Shown in pieces: positions 17,518-27,470 of a DNA stretch of 64,000 bases. The notes below the pieces were generated by a model. It was given only the letters and a program-made list of their open reading frames with translations. It had not been told where the DNA came from and searched no databases. Position numbers and translations under genes: made by a program. How positions within the stretch are numbered: position 1 is the first letter of the stretch; the number at the start of each line of letters is the position of its first letter. The DNA comes from an uncultured Dehalococcoidia bacterium (lineage in GTDB: Bacteria; Chloroflexota; Dehalococcoidia; Lucifugimonadales; CAJWER01), in contig CAZSLO010000012.1 of assembly GCA_964608025.1 (NCBI GenBank), positions 6,347-70,346 of the forward strand. Direction: 5' to 3'.

Positions 17518-17775
17518 CTAAGCGGCTGGCTGTTTGGCCTTACTAGTTTTCTTTGGCCGACCTGGCTTCTGGCGACCTTGAGTGGCTGTGAAACGGGCCC
17601 TAGGGCTTTCCAAATTGACTGAGTGGCCACATTGGAAACATTGTAAGTAGCTTCCATACATGTCAGAGCCGGTCGTCATATCGCCTTTACATCTAGGACA
17701 AGACTTGAAATTTACCATCGCTACCTGCAACCTCCTTATAGCCATTGGACCTGATGTCACTGTTTGGAGAGCCAT
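17518..17775 (-). CDS. small CxxC...CxxC zinc-ribbon protein with basic AT-hook-like tail, function unknown
   Basis: SCPRCKGDM...LQCFQCGH zinc ribbon. Tail RQKPGRPKKTSKAKQPAA. AAGGAGG at 17737-17731 suggests the real start may be the ATG at 17718 (66 aa). Confidence 0.6.
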   Translation of the reverse strand: MALQTVTSGPMAIRRLQVAMVNFKSCPRCKGDMTTGSDMYGSYLQCFQCGHSVNLESPRARFTATQGRQKPGRPKKTSKAKQPAA

Positions 17776-18012
17776 TGTATATCTATGTGACGAAAATCGT
17801 CAACAGGTTTTTCTGGATATTTGTACTTTAAATACAAATAAATATAAACGAATGCATAGCTGCCGGCGGAGTTTTTACTCCATTATTGATTGTTGGGACA
17901 ATCTGTACTCGCTTGCCTGGGCCAAATCGTATACGCAAATCGTAATAAATAGCTTATAGCTGTAGAGATACCTGCAATGAAGTGTTTTAGGCAATCACAT
18001 AGATCTGAGTTT

Positions 18013-18708
18013 CTATATTGGCCACGCTTCGAGGTTGTACGCTGAATCCCAGAACATATATTCATATCTACTACTGTTTAGAAAGATTTGTTTCATTCGT
18101 AGTCGTCCTTCTTCGCTGGCAGAATTGGCTTCACGGTCTATAAATGATCGCAACCAGCCTGCCAGTGCTGCGAATTCTGGGGAGCTGTACATTTCTATCC
18201 ATCGACAATATAAAGGATGATTTTCTGGGAGACCATTATCATGTAGCATTTGGCCAATTTCAGCGTAACCCCACGAACAGGGCAAGATTGATGTTGCGAT
18301 TTCCCCAGCGTTTCCAGAAAAACCTACTTCAATTAAATGCCGAGTGTAGGCCATGGTAGTTGGAGAAGGGCTAGTCGATTTTAATTCCTCTTCTGTGATC
18401 CCGAATTCTGAACAGAAGCTCATATGTAGGCTCATCTCTGTACCTAGGGTGTCATGAAGGAGTTTGGCGAACCAACCCATATCAGAAATCGAGCTTGCCT
18501 TTGCAACAGCCATTGCTATGACTCGACAGAAATCTACTAAAAATATGTAGTCCTGTAGCATGTAGTATCGAAAATTAACGAGAGGTAATGAGCCGTCACC
18601 TATTCCGAGAATAAACGGATGTTGTTTTTCTAGGTCCCAGGAATCTGTGGTTGATGTCCTTAATTCTTGTGAGAAGCTGCTCGAATAGGGAATCCCCATG
18701 AAAATCAA
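18013..18708 (-). CDS. tenA: TenA-family aminopyrimidine aminohydrolase (thiaminase II)
   Basis: 231 aa, HPFILGIGDGSLPLVNFRYYMLQDYIFL, catalytic Cys context LPCSWGYAEIG, C-terminal YEYMFWDSAY. Confidence 0.88.
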   Translation of the reverse strand: MIFMGIPYSSSFSQELRTSTTDSWDLEKQHPFILGIGDGSLPLVNFRYYMLQDYIFLVDFCRVIAMAVAKASSISDMGWFAKLLHDTLGTEMSLHMSFCSEFGITEEELKSTSPSPTTMAYTRHLIEVGFSGNAGEIATSILPCSWGYAEIGQMLHDNGLPENHPLYCRWIEMYSSPEFAALAGWLRSFIDREANSASEEGRLRMKQIFLNSSRYEYMFWDSAYNLEAWPI

Positions 18709-18723
18709 TATCCTCAGTTCTGG

Positions 18724-19134
18724 CTAGAGATCGCCACTCTTTGTATAAATCTTTTCTACGATAATTTGCGTTCCAGAGCGTACGTTCTTTAGTACCTTGG
18801 CATCGCCGGAAATGTGTCCGATTACATTCACTGGACTCGCAGCACGGATTTCGTCTCCGTGACTTGCTGGTGTAGGTCCGAAGAATATACACATCGCAGA
18901 TCCGGGTGGCCAGTATGCAATTGTGCCTATATCTACCACGTCTTGGGAATCAGATTCCTCCTTGGCCTCTATTGGAATACTGAAGTATATTTCGTCACCC
19001 CAGGTTAATCCGTTAGCCATGAAAGGCAAGGTGTCCCATAGAGCATCGGCGGTTGGTTTACAATTTAAATTAGCTGTTACTGTTATAGCACCAGCGGAAA
19101 TCTTAATTCTTCTCTCATCCATAGGTAGCATCAT
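18724..19134 (-). CDS. cyclophilin-like fold protein (Cyclophil_like/DUF3830-type), function unknown
   Basis: From MMLPMDERRIKISAGAITVTANL...LPF...GDEIYFSIP...GTIAYWPPGSAMCIFFGPTP...VNVIGHISGD. I chose the internal ATG because the first 71 codons of the long ORF are not protein-like. Confidence 0.6.
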   Translation of the reverse strand: MMLPMDERRIKISAGAITVTANLNCKPTADALWDTLPFMANGLTWGDEIYFSIPIEAKEESDSQDVVDIGTIAYWPPGSAMCIFFGPTPASHGDEIRAASPVNVIGHISGDAKVLKNVRSGTQIIVEKIYTKSGDL

Positions 19135-19203
19135 TATCGAACACTTTTGATTGTTGATACAACCAGGCATAACAGGGATAAGTATTTGTTTGACGAGGGC
19201 ATT

Positions 19204-20709
19204 GTGGATAAATTCGGGTACATATTGGCCATAGATCAAGGGACTACGGGAACGAAGGCTCTTCTTTTGGATGGTTCCGGAAATATACTTGATAAAACCA
19301 GCCAAGAGATAACACAAATTTATCCTAAGCCCGGTTGGATTGAACATGATCCTATGGAATTATTCCAATCATGCCTTAATGTGGTTAGGAAACTTCTAGA
19401 TAAAACGGGAGTTTCACCAAAGCAGATACTAGCGATTGGGATCGCTAATCAACGCGAGACCACGGTTATTTGGGATCGAGTTACAGGTGAACCGGTCTCA
19501 AACGCTATTGTATGGCAGTGTCGCCGGTCAGTGGATATTTGTGAAGCGATTAAAAACAGCGGATCCGAGGAAAATATAAGGAATAAGAGTGGACTTCCAA
19601 TCGATCCGTACTTCTCGGCCACAAAAATTCGCTGGTTGTTAGATAACATCCCATCAGGACAGTGTCGGGCTGAGAATGGTGAATTGCTCTTTGGCACCGT
19701 TGATACATGGCTTATATGGAAACTAACGGGTCATGTTGTACATGCTACTGATGTTACCAACGCATCTCGTACTATGTTGTATAACATAGACGAATTAAAG
19801 TGGGACAAGGACTTATTGAATACATTGAATATACCTTCTGTTTTACTGCCAGAAGTAAAGCCTTCGAGCCACATTTTTGGGTATACTTTGGCTGACCAAT
19901 TCGAGGACCAAGAGATACCTATTGCAGGCGTTGCCGGGGATCAGCATGCATCCTTGTTCGGGCAGGCGTGTTTCAGGCCGGGCATGGTCAAAAACACATA
20001 TGGGACCGGATGTTTCGTGCTTGCTAATACTGGTGAAAAGCGCATATCTTCAGGCCCTGACCTCATCTCCACAATAGCTTGGGGGATTGGAGATCAGGTG
20101 ACATATGCTCTGGAGGGAAGTGTCTTCTCTGCTGGGTCTGCTGTTCAATGGCTTAGAGATGGACTAGGCATAATAGATTCGACGGACATGTTGGAAACAC
20201 TGGTAAAATCTGTGGACGATAATGGGGGAGTGTATTTTGTCCCTGCATTTAGTGGATTAGGCTCCCCTCATTGGGACCCGGAAGCTCGAGGGACAATTGT
20301 CGGACTTACGCGTGGTTCAAGTGCTGCACATCTCGCACGAGCGGCTCTTGAAGCGACCGCCTATCAAACACGAGATGTAATTGGTGCAATTGAATTTGGC
20401 ACTCCATTTGACGTGGATATATTGCGTGTTGATGGAGGAGGTTCCCGAAGTCGGTTTATGATGCAGTTTCAGGCCGACATACTTGGTGTACCTATAGAAA
20501 AAAGTTTGACGTCGGAAACGACAGCCCAGGGCGCTGGCTATTTGGCCGGTTTAGCGATTGGGCTTTGGAAAGGTCTAGAGGATATTGAGATACTATGGCA
20601 GAGTGACATCCGGCTTGACCCTCAAATGCCTGTTAATGTACGAGAGAAACTTTACAGCAAATGGCAACGTGCGGTACAAAGATCTATTAGTTGGGACAAC
20701 AGGGTCTAA
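19204..20709 (+). CDS. glpK: glycerol kinase
   Basis: YILAIDQGTTGTKALLLD, IGIANQRETTVIWD, GVAGDQHASLFGQ, YALEGSVF. The GTG at 19204 gives a typical 501 aa. The longest ORF starts at TTG 19147. Confidence 0.9.
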   Translation: MDKFGYILAIDQGTTGTKALLLDGSGNILDKTSQEITQIYPKPGWIEHDPMELFQSCLNVVRKLLDKTGVSPKQILAIGIANQRETTVIWDRVTGEPVSNAIVWQCRRSVDICEAIKNSGSEENIRNKSGLPIDPYFSATKIRWLLDNIPSGQCRAENGELLFGTVDTWLIWKLTGHVVHATDVTNASRTMLYNIDELKWDKDLLNTLNIPSVLLPEVKPSSHIFGYTLADQFEDQEIPIAGVAGDQHASLFGQACFRPGMVKNTYGTGCFVLANTGEKRISSGPDLISTIAWGIGDQVTYALEGSVFSAGSAVQWLRDGLGIIDSTDMLETLVKSVDDNGGVYFVPAFSGLGSPHWDPEARGTIVGLTRGSSAAHLARAALEATAYQTRDVIGAIEFGTPFDVDILRVDGGGSRSRFMMQFQADILGVPIEKSLTSETTAQGAGYLAGLAIGLWKGLEDIEILWQSDIRLDPQMPVNVREKLYSKWQRAVQRSISWDNRV

Positions 20710-20941
20710 GGACCCGGAAGAATTAAGAGACTATTTACAAAAATTTCGCCCAATTTTCAGTAGAGGTTTTTGAGTAGTGAGGGATATATTGGTCTTACAA
20801 CTTTCAGCCGGGAGTAGGTGAAGAATCTAGTTGTTGCTTTATTTTGGATCAGATCTACAGCCAGTATCTTGGATTCCCAAGCGGGATAGCTCTTGGATAG
20901 AATATATCTTGTGACGATCATGCAAGGATTTGTTGGCTCCA

Positions 20942-22516
20942 ATGAATTATCGAAGTCTTAATAAATGGTACTTGTTCCTAGTGGCCTTAGTGATGGTTGC
21001 GTCGATTTCCTGTGAGCGAATCACTGATCAACAATTGGCTGAGGTTGATAGGCATAGGGCAATTGGGAATCAATATCTGGTCGACCAAAAATATCAGGAT
21101 GCATTGATTGAATACAGTGCTGCGATTGATATCATATCTAATGATGCCGATCTTTATATTGAGCGTGCCAATGTCTTTGTAGGATTGCAAGCCTATAGAA
21201 AGGCTATTCAGGATTTAGAAGAAGCAAACAGGATTGATCCGGAAAATCTCCGTGCGCATTCCCTCAAGGGATTTGCATTTGCGAGTCTTGGTGAGTATAG
21301 GAATGCGGTTAGGGCATATGATGAAGCGATTGTGCTAGATGATGATGACCCATGGCTCTACAACAATCGAGCGAACTCTTATGCAAAGCTTAAGGAATTC
21401 CATAAGGCTGTAAAAGACTACGATAAATCGATCGACTTGGATTCCACAAAATCTGAAGTTTATACCAATAGGGGCACATCTCTTGGCCAGATAGGCTTGT
21501 TACGAGAAGCTATCCGGGATTTCGCTGAAGCCATCCATCTGGATCCAAATAATGCATCGGCATACTACAATCGCGGTGCTGCCTATAGCCAACTTGGAGA
21601 CTTCGAAGTTGCGTTTCGCCACCTAGGTGAGGCTGTTCGGCTTGATCCTGACAACACTGGCTTCATGATGGATGCCGGAGACCAGTACACTGAACTTGGG
21701 CTTCTGAGAGAGTCAATCGCAGCTTACAATATGGCTATCCAACAGGATTCTAGCGATCCACAGAACTATATTGATCGTGCAGAAGCAAACCATAAGCTTG
21801 GAAAATATCAACAGGCGTTAGAAGATTACAACGAAGCGATTACTCTACTTCCAGACTTAGCAAAACTGTATTTAGGTCGAGGATCCTCTTATCAAAATCT
21901 CCAGGAATTTACCTCGGCCCTATCGGATTACGAAAAAGCTATAGATTTAGAACCGAATGATAGTCGGCCATATGCAAGCATGGCCTTGGTACTGATGCTA
22001 AGTGGAGAGATTGATCGTTCCATCCAATTCTTCGATGTTGCTATAGAACTTTCACCGAATGATCCAGCTATTTATATTGATAGAGGCACGGCATTCGCTC
22101 GAAATAACAATTTAGATAAAGCAATAGAAGACTATGATCGTGCGTTAGAGATAGATGCTGAGAACAGTAGGGCTTACGTTGATCGAGGCATCGCATACTC
22201 TAAACAGGGACAATTTGAGAAGGCTATCCAAGATTTAGACGAAGCGATACGGCTTGAGCCAACTGATGGGAGAGCTTTTGTGAATAGAGGGATAGCCCGA
22301 AGTGGCTTGGGAGAAATGGACTTGGCAATATCCGATTATGACAGTGCGGTGAAGTTCAACCCATATCATCCCCTAGGCTATGTTAACAGGGCGTTGATCA
22401 AGGTAATAATTGGTACTGACGAACAAGTCCAAGAAGATATAGATAAGGCAATAGAGCTGGGTTACGATGAGTCACTACTGGAATCTCAGATAGAGGCAGC
22501 CAGGGCCCGGAGATAA
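20942..22516 (+). CDS. secreted or membrane-anchored TPR-repeat protein
   Basis: N-terminal hydrophobic signal (WYLFLVALVMVASISC) followed by roughly 14 tandem 34-aa TPR units (recurring A..Y..AI.LDP.N...Y.NRG). Confidence 0.8.
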   Translation: MNYRSLNKWYLFLVALVMVASISCERITDQQLAEVDRHRAIGNQYLVDQKYQDALIEYSAAIDIISNDADLYIERANVFVGLQAYRKAIQDLEEANRIDPENLRAHSLKGFAFASLGEYRNAVRAYDEAIVLDDDDPWLYNNRANSYAKLKEFHKAVKDYDKSIDLDSTKSEVYTNRGTSLGQIGLLREAIRDFAEAIHLDPNNASAYYNRGAAYSQLGDFEVAFRHLGEAVRLDPDNTGFMMDAGDQYTELGLLRESIAAYNMAIQQDSSDPQNYIDRAEANHKLGKYQQALEDYNEAITLLPDLAKLYLGRGSSYQNLQEFTSALSDYEKAIDLEPNDSRPYASMALVLMLSGEIDRSIQFFDVAIELSPNDPAIYIDRGTAFARNNNLDKAIEDYDRALEIDAENSRAYVDRGIAYSKQGQFEKAIQDLDEAIRLEPTDGRAFVNRGIARSGLGEMDLAISDYDSAVKFNPYHPLGYVNRALIKVIIGTDEQVQEDIDKAIELGYDESLLESQIEAARARR

Positions 22517-22613
22517 GCAAAGAGGATCCTTTACCGTACAAGCCAGTCTTTCTTCGTATCTCTTGTTACCAGGTCCATAATATACATGAGGATTTAGGTA
22601 ACATTATTTTGCT

Positions 22614-23828
22614 TTAAAGGGAATTATTTTCTAAGAACGACGCGACTCTTCTGAGAATTTGGCAACTGACCTCGTATTTAGGCATCAAGTCTAGCTCTGA
22701 AATATTTTCTTGGCTGTCTATAAGAGTGACCTTATTGGTGTCCGATCCAAATCCAGATCCCTCAACAGTAATATCGTTAGCAACAATCAGGTCAAGCTTT
22801 TTGGAGGTAATTTTCTTCCGTGCATTCTTTAATAAATTTTCACTTTCTGCTGCGAATCCAACTTTTATCAGATTGTCACGGTTGATCTCTGCGAGAATAT
22901 CATCCGTTCTTTCTAGCTCGATAGATAGACTTGTCTTATCTTCTTTCTTTAATTTAGACTTCGATTCATTCTTGGGCCTCCAATCTGCAACGGCGGCTGC
23001 CATGATCAATGCATCCGCGTCTTCGCACTCTGCAAAAACCGCTGTTTTCATATCTTTAGCGCTTTGCACATCTATGACCCGCACACCAGTTGGAGGTTGT
23101 AATGTTGTGTGTGCAGCTATCACAACTGCATCAGCACCTTGATCCCTCGCTGCTTCAGCTATAGCGTAACCCATCTTACCGCTGGATTTGTTTGATATAA
23201 ATCGGACAGGATCAATATTTTCTTGGGTGCCACCTGCTGTGATAACGATCTTGCGTTGTGCTAGAAGGCCTTTGTTAATTCCTAATACGTTTCGTATATG
23301 GCTGAGGATTTCTTCTGTTTCAATTAATCGGCCCATGCCGATTAAACCTGATGCTAAGTGTCCTTCTGCAGGACCCGCAATCCGAACACCTCTTGTAGCC
23401 AGGAGACTTAGGTTGTGCTGCGTTACTGGATTATCGTACATATGAGCGTCCATCGCCGGACATATGATCACGGGTGCTTTTGAAGCCAAGACCGTGGTGG
23501 TTAGTACGTCATCTGCGAGTCCGAGGGATAGTTTTGCAATTGTCTGGGCGGTTGCTGGTGCGATTACTATTATGTCGGAGTTTTCAGCGATAGATACGTG
23601 ATCAATACTTATCTCGGATTTCGGATCGAACAGGTTGGTAGCTACCGGTCTATGGGTAATAGATGCGAAAGTGATTGGGGAAACAAACTGGGTAGCTGTC
23701 TTACTCATCATCACGTTTACGGAGGCCCCTAACTGAACCATTTTGCTGGCCAGATCGATAGCTTTATAGCATGCTATGCTACCGCTAACACCTAACGCTA
23801 TGGATTTCGCTTGGAGTGGATTCGGCAT
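22614..23828 (-). CDS. coaBC: bifunctional phosphopantothenoylcysteine decarboxylase / phosphopantothenate-cysteine ligase
   Basis: 404 aa. Flavoprotein N-domain GVSGSIACYKA. CoaB domain ITAGGTQENIDPVRFISNKSSGKMG. Confidence 0.93.
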   Translation of the reverse strand: MPNPLQAKSIALGVSGSIACYKAIDLASKMVQLGASVNVMMSKTATQFVSPITFASITHRPVATNLFDPKSEISIDHVSIAENSDIIVIAPATAQTIAKLSLGLADDVLTTTVLASKAPVIICPAMDAHMYDNPVTQHNLSLLATRGVRIAGPAEGHLASGLIGMGRLIETEEILSHIRNVLGINKGLLAQRKIVITAGGTQENIDPVRFISNKSSGKMGYAIAEAARDQGADAVVIAAHTTLQPPTGVRVIDVQSAKDMKTAVFAECEDADALIMAAAVADWRPKNESKSKLKKEDKTSLSIELERTDDILAEINRDNLIKVGFAAESENLLKNARKKITSKKLDLIVANDITVEGSGFGSDTNKVTLIDSQENISELDLMPKYEVSCQILRRVASFLENNSL

Positions 23829-23927
23829 ATGTTGGATCCCCTCTTGGCATGTTCTAACAGCCTTGGAAATTCTATAGATCAGAGTTGGCCGGTCTGTCCA
23901 GTTGAATTATCAACAATAACAATGGCC

Positions 23928-24710
23928 TCATGAGTTCATCTCCTGAATTATGCGAAGGCCCATGAGAGTCAAGTGCGGAGAAACGTGATCAAATACCTTA
24001 GCTTCCGCTTCTATGAGTCCAGCAAGCCCACCGGTAGCTACTACCGTGGTGCCTCCTCCTAGTTCGTCATCAATTCTTGTCACCATTCCCTTGACCATCT
24101 CGGAATATCCAAGTATCAAGCCGGATTGGAGGGCATGGACGGTGTTGCTCCCAATGGCCTCAGGTGGTCTTATGAGTTCCACTCTTCGGAGCAATGATGA
24201 GCTGTGAAAAAGGGCATCAGCTGCTATAGAAATACCTGGAGCAATTGCCCCACCTAGATATTCTCCGTTGGCACTAACCGCATCGAAAACGGTGGCTGTT
24301 CCGAAGTCCACTACTATAGCTGGCCCTCCGTAAAGTTCCAAAGCAGCAGCTGCGTCAACTATACGGTCGGCACCAACATCTCGGGTATTGTCATAAAGTA
24401 TCTTGATGCCGGTGCGAATACCAGGCCCGATTACCATAGGATCTTGTTGGAAATAGGTGGTACATAGTTCTATAAAAACTTGTGTTAAGGGAGGCACGCC
24501 ACTACATAGCGCTACAGCATTAATATGCTCAGTCTGTATGCCTTTAAGGGATAGTAAATTGCTTAGCAGAAGCCCATACTCATCGGCTAGTCGCGCTCTG
24601 TCCGTGGCGATTCTCCACGTGGCTATAGGCGTGTTGTCTTGAGGTTCGGAATTTTCACCGAACACTCCAAAAGTAATATTAGTGTTACCAATGTCGAGTG
24701 CGAGTAGCAT
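23928..24710 (-). CDS. coaX: type III pantothenate kinase
   Basis: 260 aa, MLLALDIGNTNITFG, VVDFGTATVFD, ATGGLA. Confidence 0.92.
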   Translation of the reverse strand: MLLALDIGNTNITFGVFGENSEPQDNTPIATWRIATDRARLADEYGLLLSNLLSLKGIQTEHINAVALCSGVPPLTQVFIELCTTYFQQDPMVIGPGIRTGIKILYDNTRDVGADRIVDAAAALELYGGPAIVVDFGTATVFDAVSANGEYLGGAIAPGISIAADALFHSSSLLRRVELIRPPEAIGSNTVHALQSGLILGYSEMVKGMVTRIDDELGGGTTVVATGGLAGLIEAEAKVFDHVSPHLTLMGLRIIQEMNS

Positions 24711-24990
24711 TGGGAGGAAGTTTCCGGTGATGGTGCTATGCAGTATATCTATTATACACCGCGGACGGAGGGAAGCTGAAAATTTGATGTATTTGGCCTA
24801 ATTAGGCTACCTAGATTGCAAGATATATACGGTATTTTTGTTGTGACTAGTAAGTGTTTATTCTAGGCGTAGTGTTTCCCATTCATAGGTGTGAGGTGGG
24901 ATCTGTTGACAGAAGATTGTAGATAGGGATAGATTCCATTTAAACCACTGGTGATATTTGCGCCAATTCAAAGATTTCAGGGAGAAAAAT

Positions 24991-25743
24991 ATGAAATTTG
25001 CCAGATTCGAATTTCACGGTTCGATAAGTTTTGGGATTGTAGAAGATGACATTGTCAAGGTAATTAGCTCAACTCCGTTCGATGATTTTGATGTTCTAGA
25101 TCAAATTCACCATATTTCGGAAGTACAACTACTTGCTCCAACGTTGCCGTCTATAATCTTTTTCATGGGTGGAAATTATATGGACCACCTTGGAGGAGGA
25201 ACACCCCCTGCGGTTCCTCAAGTTTATACAAAAACGCCTAACTCGATAATTGGCCCAGATGACACGATAATCGTTCCAAGCCATGCAGGCCACGTGCAGG
25301 AAGAAGCTGAACTAGTAGCTGTAATCGGCAAGAGTTGTCGGAATGTCTCAAAGGCCGATGCCTTGGACTATGTCCTTGGATACACATGTGGTAATGACGT
25401 AAGCGCTAGGGATTGGCAAGCCAGTGATCCTACCTTTTGGAGGGCAAAGGCTTCAGATACGTTTTCACCAATAGGGCCATATATTGTGACCGGCCTCGAT
25501 CCAACGAAGCTAGTAATTACTGCTAAAGTTAATGGAGAACAGGTACAATATTGCAAGACTTCTGACATGGTCCATGATACAGCCACATGTATCAGCTACA
25601 TCAGCCAATCAGTAACTTTGGGGCCAGGTGACATTATCTACACTGGAACTGGCGGGACACAGGTTGATTTACAAGAAGGTGATGTTGTAGAGATCGGGAT
25701 TGAAGAGATCGGGGTGCTCAGCAATACTGTCACCGTGGGTTAA
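24991..25743 (+). CDS. fumarylacetoacetate hydrolase (FAH) family protein
   Basis: MKFARFEFHG..., EAELVAVIGK, GNDVSARDWQ, GDIIYTGT. The ATG at 24991 is preceded by GGGAG. Confidence 0.88.
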   Translation: MKFARFEFHGSISFGIVEDDIVKVISSTPFDDFDVLDQIHHISEVQLLAPTLPSIIFFMGGNYMDHLGGGTPPAVPQVYTKTPNSIIGPDDTIIVPSHAGHVQEEAELVAVIGKSCRNVSKADALDYVLGYTCGNDVSARDWQASDPTFWRAKASDTFSPIGPYIVTGLDPTKLVITAKVNGEQVQYCKTSDMVHDTATCISYISQSVTLGPGDIIYTGTGGTQVDLQEGDVVEIGIEEIGVLSNTVTVG

Positions 25744-25856
25744 TATCGTTTATCAACGGGGATTTCCTTTATTTGCATCAGTCCTCTTAACAATTCTAAA
25801 GCAGAACTAAAGTCAGGATATCCTGATAAAGGTATAGCAGGCGGAATATTGTGAAA

Positions 25857-26960
25857 TTATGTGGCGTAGTTCACTTCCACACGCCGCCCCGTATTTGCAG
25901 ATTCATAGGCTGCGTCTATCGTTTGCAGTACCCTGAGAGCGTCTTCTGCTGTTAGGGCTGGTTCCCGATCGGCATGTATGTCGTAGATGAAGTCTTGAAA
26001 GAATTTAAATAACCAGCTTCCAGAGTCCCCTGAAATTCCTGGTGGGCCCGTCGCAAATTGGTAACTGATAGTCCGTTCTGGAGTATTTGACCAGGCGGAA
26101 GAGACACTTTTTACTTCAAGATTAGGGGATCCGATTGGTGTCCAGTTAGCTTCACCGTCTATACCTCTATATACTAGCGTTGTATCGTAAACGGTCTTCG
26201 TGCTTTGAAGATAGCCAGCGTGCATCGATCCAAATGCGCCATTTTCATACTCGAATGCTGCAATTGCGACATCTTCAAGAGGATAGTCTATGATTCCTAC
26301 TGGACGTCCTGTAATCGCCTGTACGTATTTCACATCGCATCCCATCAGAAATCGCATTACCTCAAGATAGTGACCTCCAAGCATATGTAGTATCCCGCCT
26401 CCCTCATCCTTGTCGCTGTATATGAAGCTGGAGGGTTCTCGGACTCCAGGCTTTACCTGGCCCGTGACCATACGGGCTTCCAGATCCAACACCCTACCGA
26501 ATACACCATCATTAATCATTTGTTTGAGATCTTGCACGACTGGGTTAAATCTATGGGGGTAGCCAGGTAGAACCTTGACGCCATTTTGGCGGATGGCGCG
26601 GACAAGCCCTATTAGATCCTCAGATTTACGGGCAAACTGCTTCTCCATGAAAAAATGTTTGCCTGCTTCTGCAAGCTTGATGCCTACAGATGGAACTTGC
26701 GATGGGGGTAAAACTACCCAAGCTACGTCGAAATCTTCTTGCTCGATCAGGTTGTCAATATTATCGTAGAGATTGGAGCCTGGATGGTGGTGACCGATTG
26801 CATCGAGTAAGCTGGAATCGGAATCCTCACAATATGCAACCAGCTTGGCACCCTCAACATGTCTCAATGTTTCTAAATATCCGTTACCAGATCCGGGTTT
26901 ACCGGTATGGCCATGCCTCAAGCCAATAAGGGCGATTTTCAAGAATTTGTTCTTTGCCAA
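25857..26960 (-). CDS. Gfo/Idh/MocA family oxidoreductase
   Basis: 367 aa. N-terminal Rossmann fold KIALIGLRHGH... FMEKQFA. Confidence 0.85.
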   Translation of the reverse strand: MAKNKFLKIALIGLRHGHTGKPGSGNGYLETLRHVEGAKLVAYCEDSDSSLLDAIGHHHPGSNLYDNIDNLIEQEDFDVAWVVLPPSQVPSVGIKLAEAGKHFFMEKQFARKSEDLIGLVRAIRQNGVKVLPGYPHRFNPVVQDLKQMINDGVFGRVLDLEARMVTGQVKPGVREPSSFIYSDKDEGGGILHMLGGHYLEVMRFLMGCDVKYVQAITGRPVGIIDYPLEDVAIAAFEYENGAFGSMHAGYLQSTKTVYDTTLVYRGIDGEANWTPIGSPNLEVKSVSSAWSNTPERTISYQFATGPPGISGDSGSWLFKFFQDFIYDIHADREPALTAEDALRVLQTIDAAYESANTGRRVEVNYAT

Positions 26961-26981
26961 GCTTTTTAACTCCTTTGGGGA

Positions 26982-27470
26982 CTAAAGTTTCTTTATAAAA
27001 TGGACCTGCCTAACCATTTCCTCAAAACCCATCGAAGTGTAGAGTCCATATCCTACTTGGTTGATTTCCAAGGTCTCTATTCTGGCGTGAGTCATACCGG
27101 CTTTCACAAAACTGTCTAGCGCGTGATTTATGAGTAGTCGACCAATACCTTTGCCACGGAACCCTTTTTTTACCGCAATGTTTGGGATGTGGCCTATGCA
27201 GGATGCTGTATCTACCCAGGTTGTGATGTAACCAACTACAGAATTTTCAATCTCTCCAACGTATACGGTACCGGTTTCTCGAGCTACATCTATATCAATA
27301 TGTTGGATTTTTCGAGATCTCCAATCCTGACTATTGAGTAGGCCGTGACGTTTTTCAATTATCTGGTCTATAGAGGCACCATCAAAGGCCTCTGCCGTGA
27401 TCTCTTTTAAGATATCGAGATCAGCGGTCCTGTACGATCGGATTGAGAGAGATTCAGATTTTTTCTTCAT
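26982..27470 (-). CDS. GNAT family N-acetyltransferase
   Basis: 162 aa. Acetyl-CoA site VKKGFRGKGIGRLLINHAL. The ATG overlaps the upstream gene's stop (ATGA). Confidence 0.85.
   Translation of the reverse strand: MKKKSESLSIRSYRTADLDILKEITAEAFDGASIDQIIEKRHGLLNSQDWRSRKIQHIDIDVARETGTVYVGEIENSVVGYITTWVDTASCIGHIPNIAVKKGFRGKGIGRLLINHALDSFVKAGMTHARIETLEINQVGYGLYTSMGFEEMVRQVHFIKKL

Noticed and set aside
20757-20942. 61-aa minus-strand ORF in the glpK-TPR intergenic region.
   Set aside because: TTG start with no Shine-Dalgarno sequence, overlaps the TPR gene start, and has unremarkable composition.
25813-25826. 14-bp perfect palindrome TCAGGATATCCTGA between the convergent FAH and oxidoreductase genes.
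   Set aside because: Short, with no T tract, and not in a promoter region. Probably a weak hairpin or chance.
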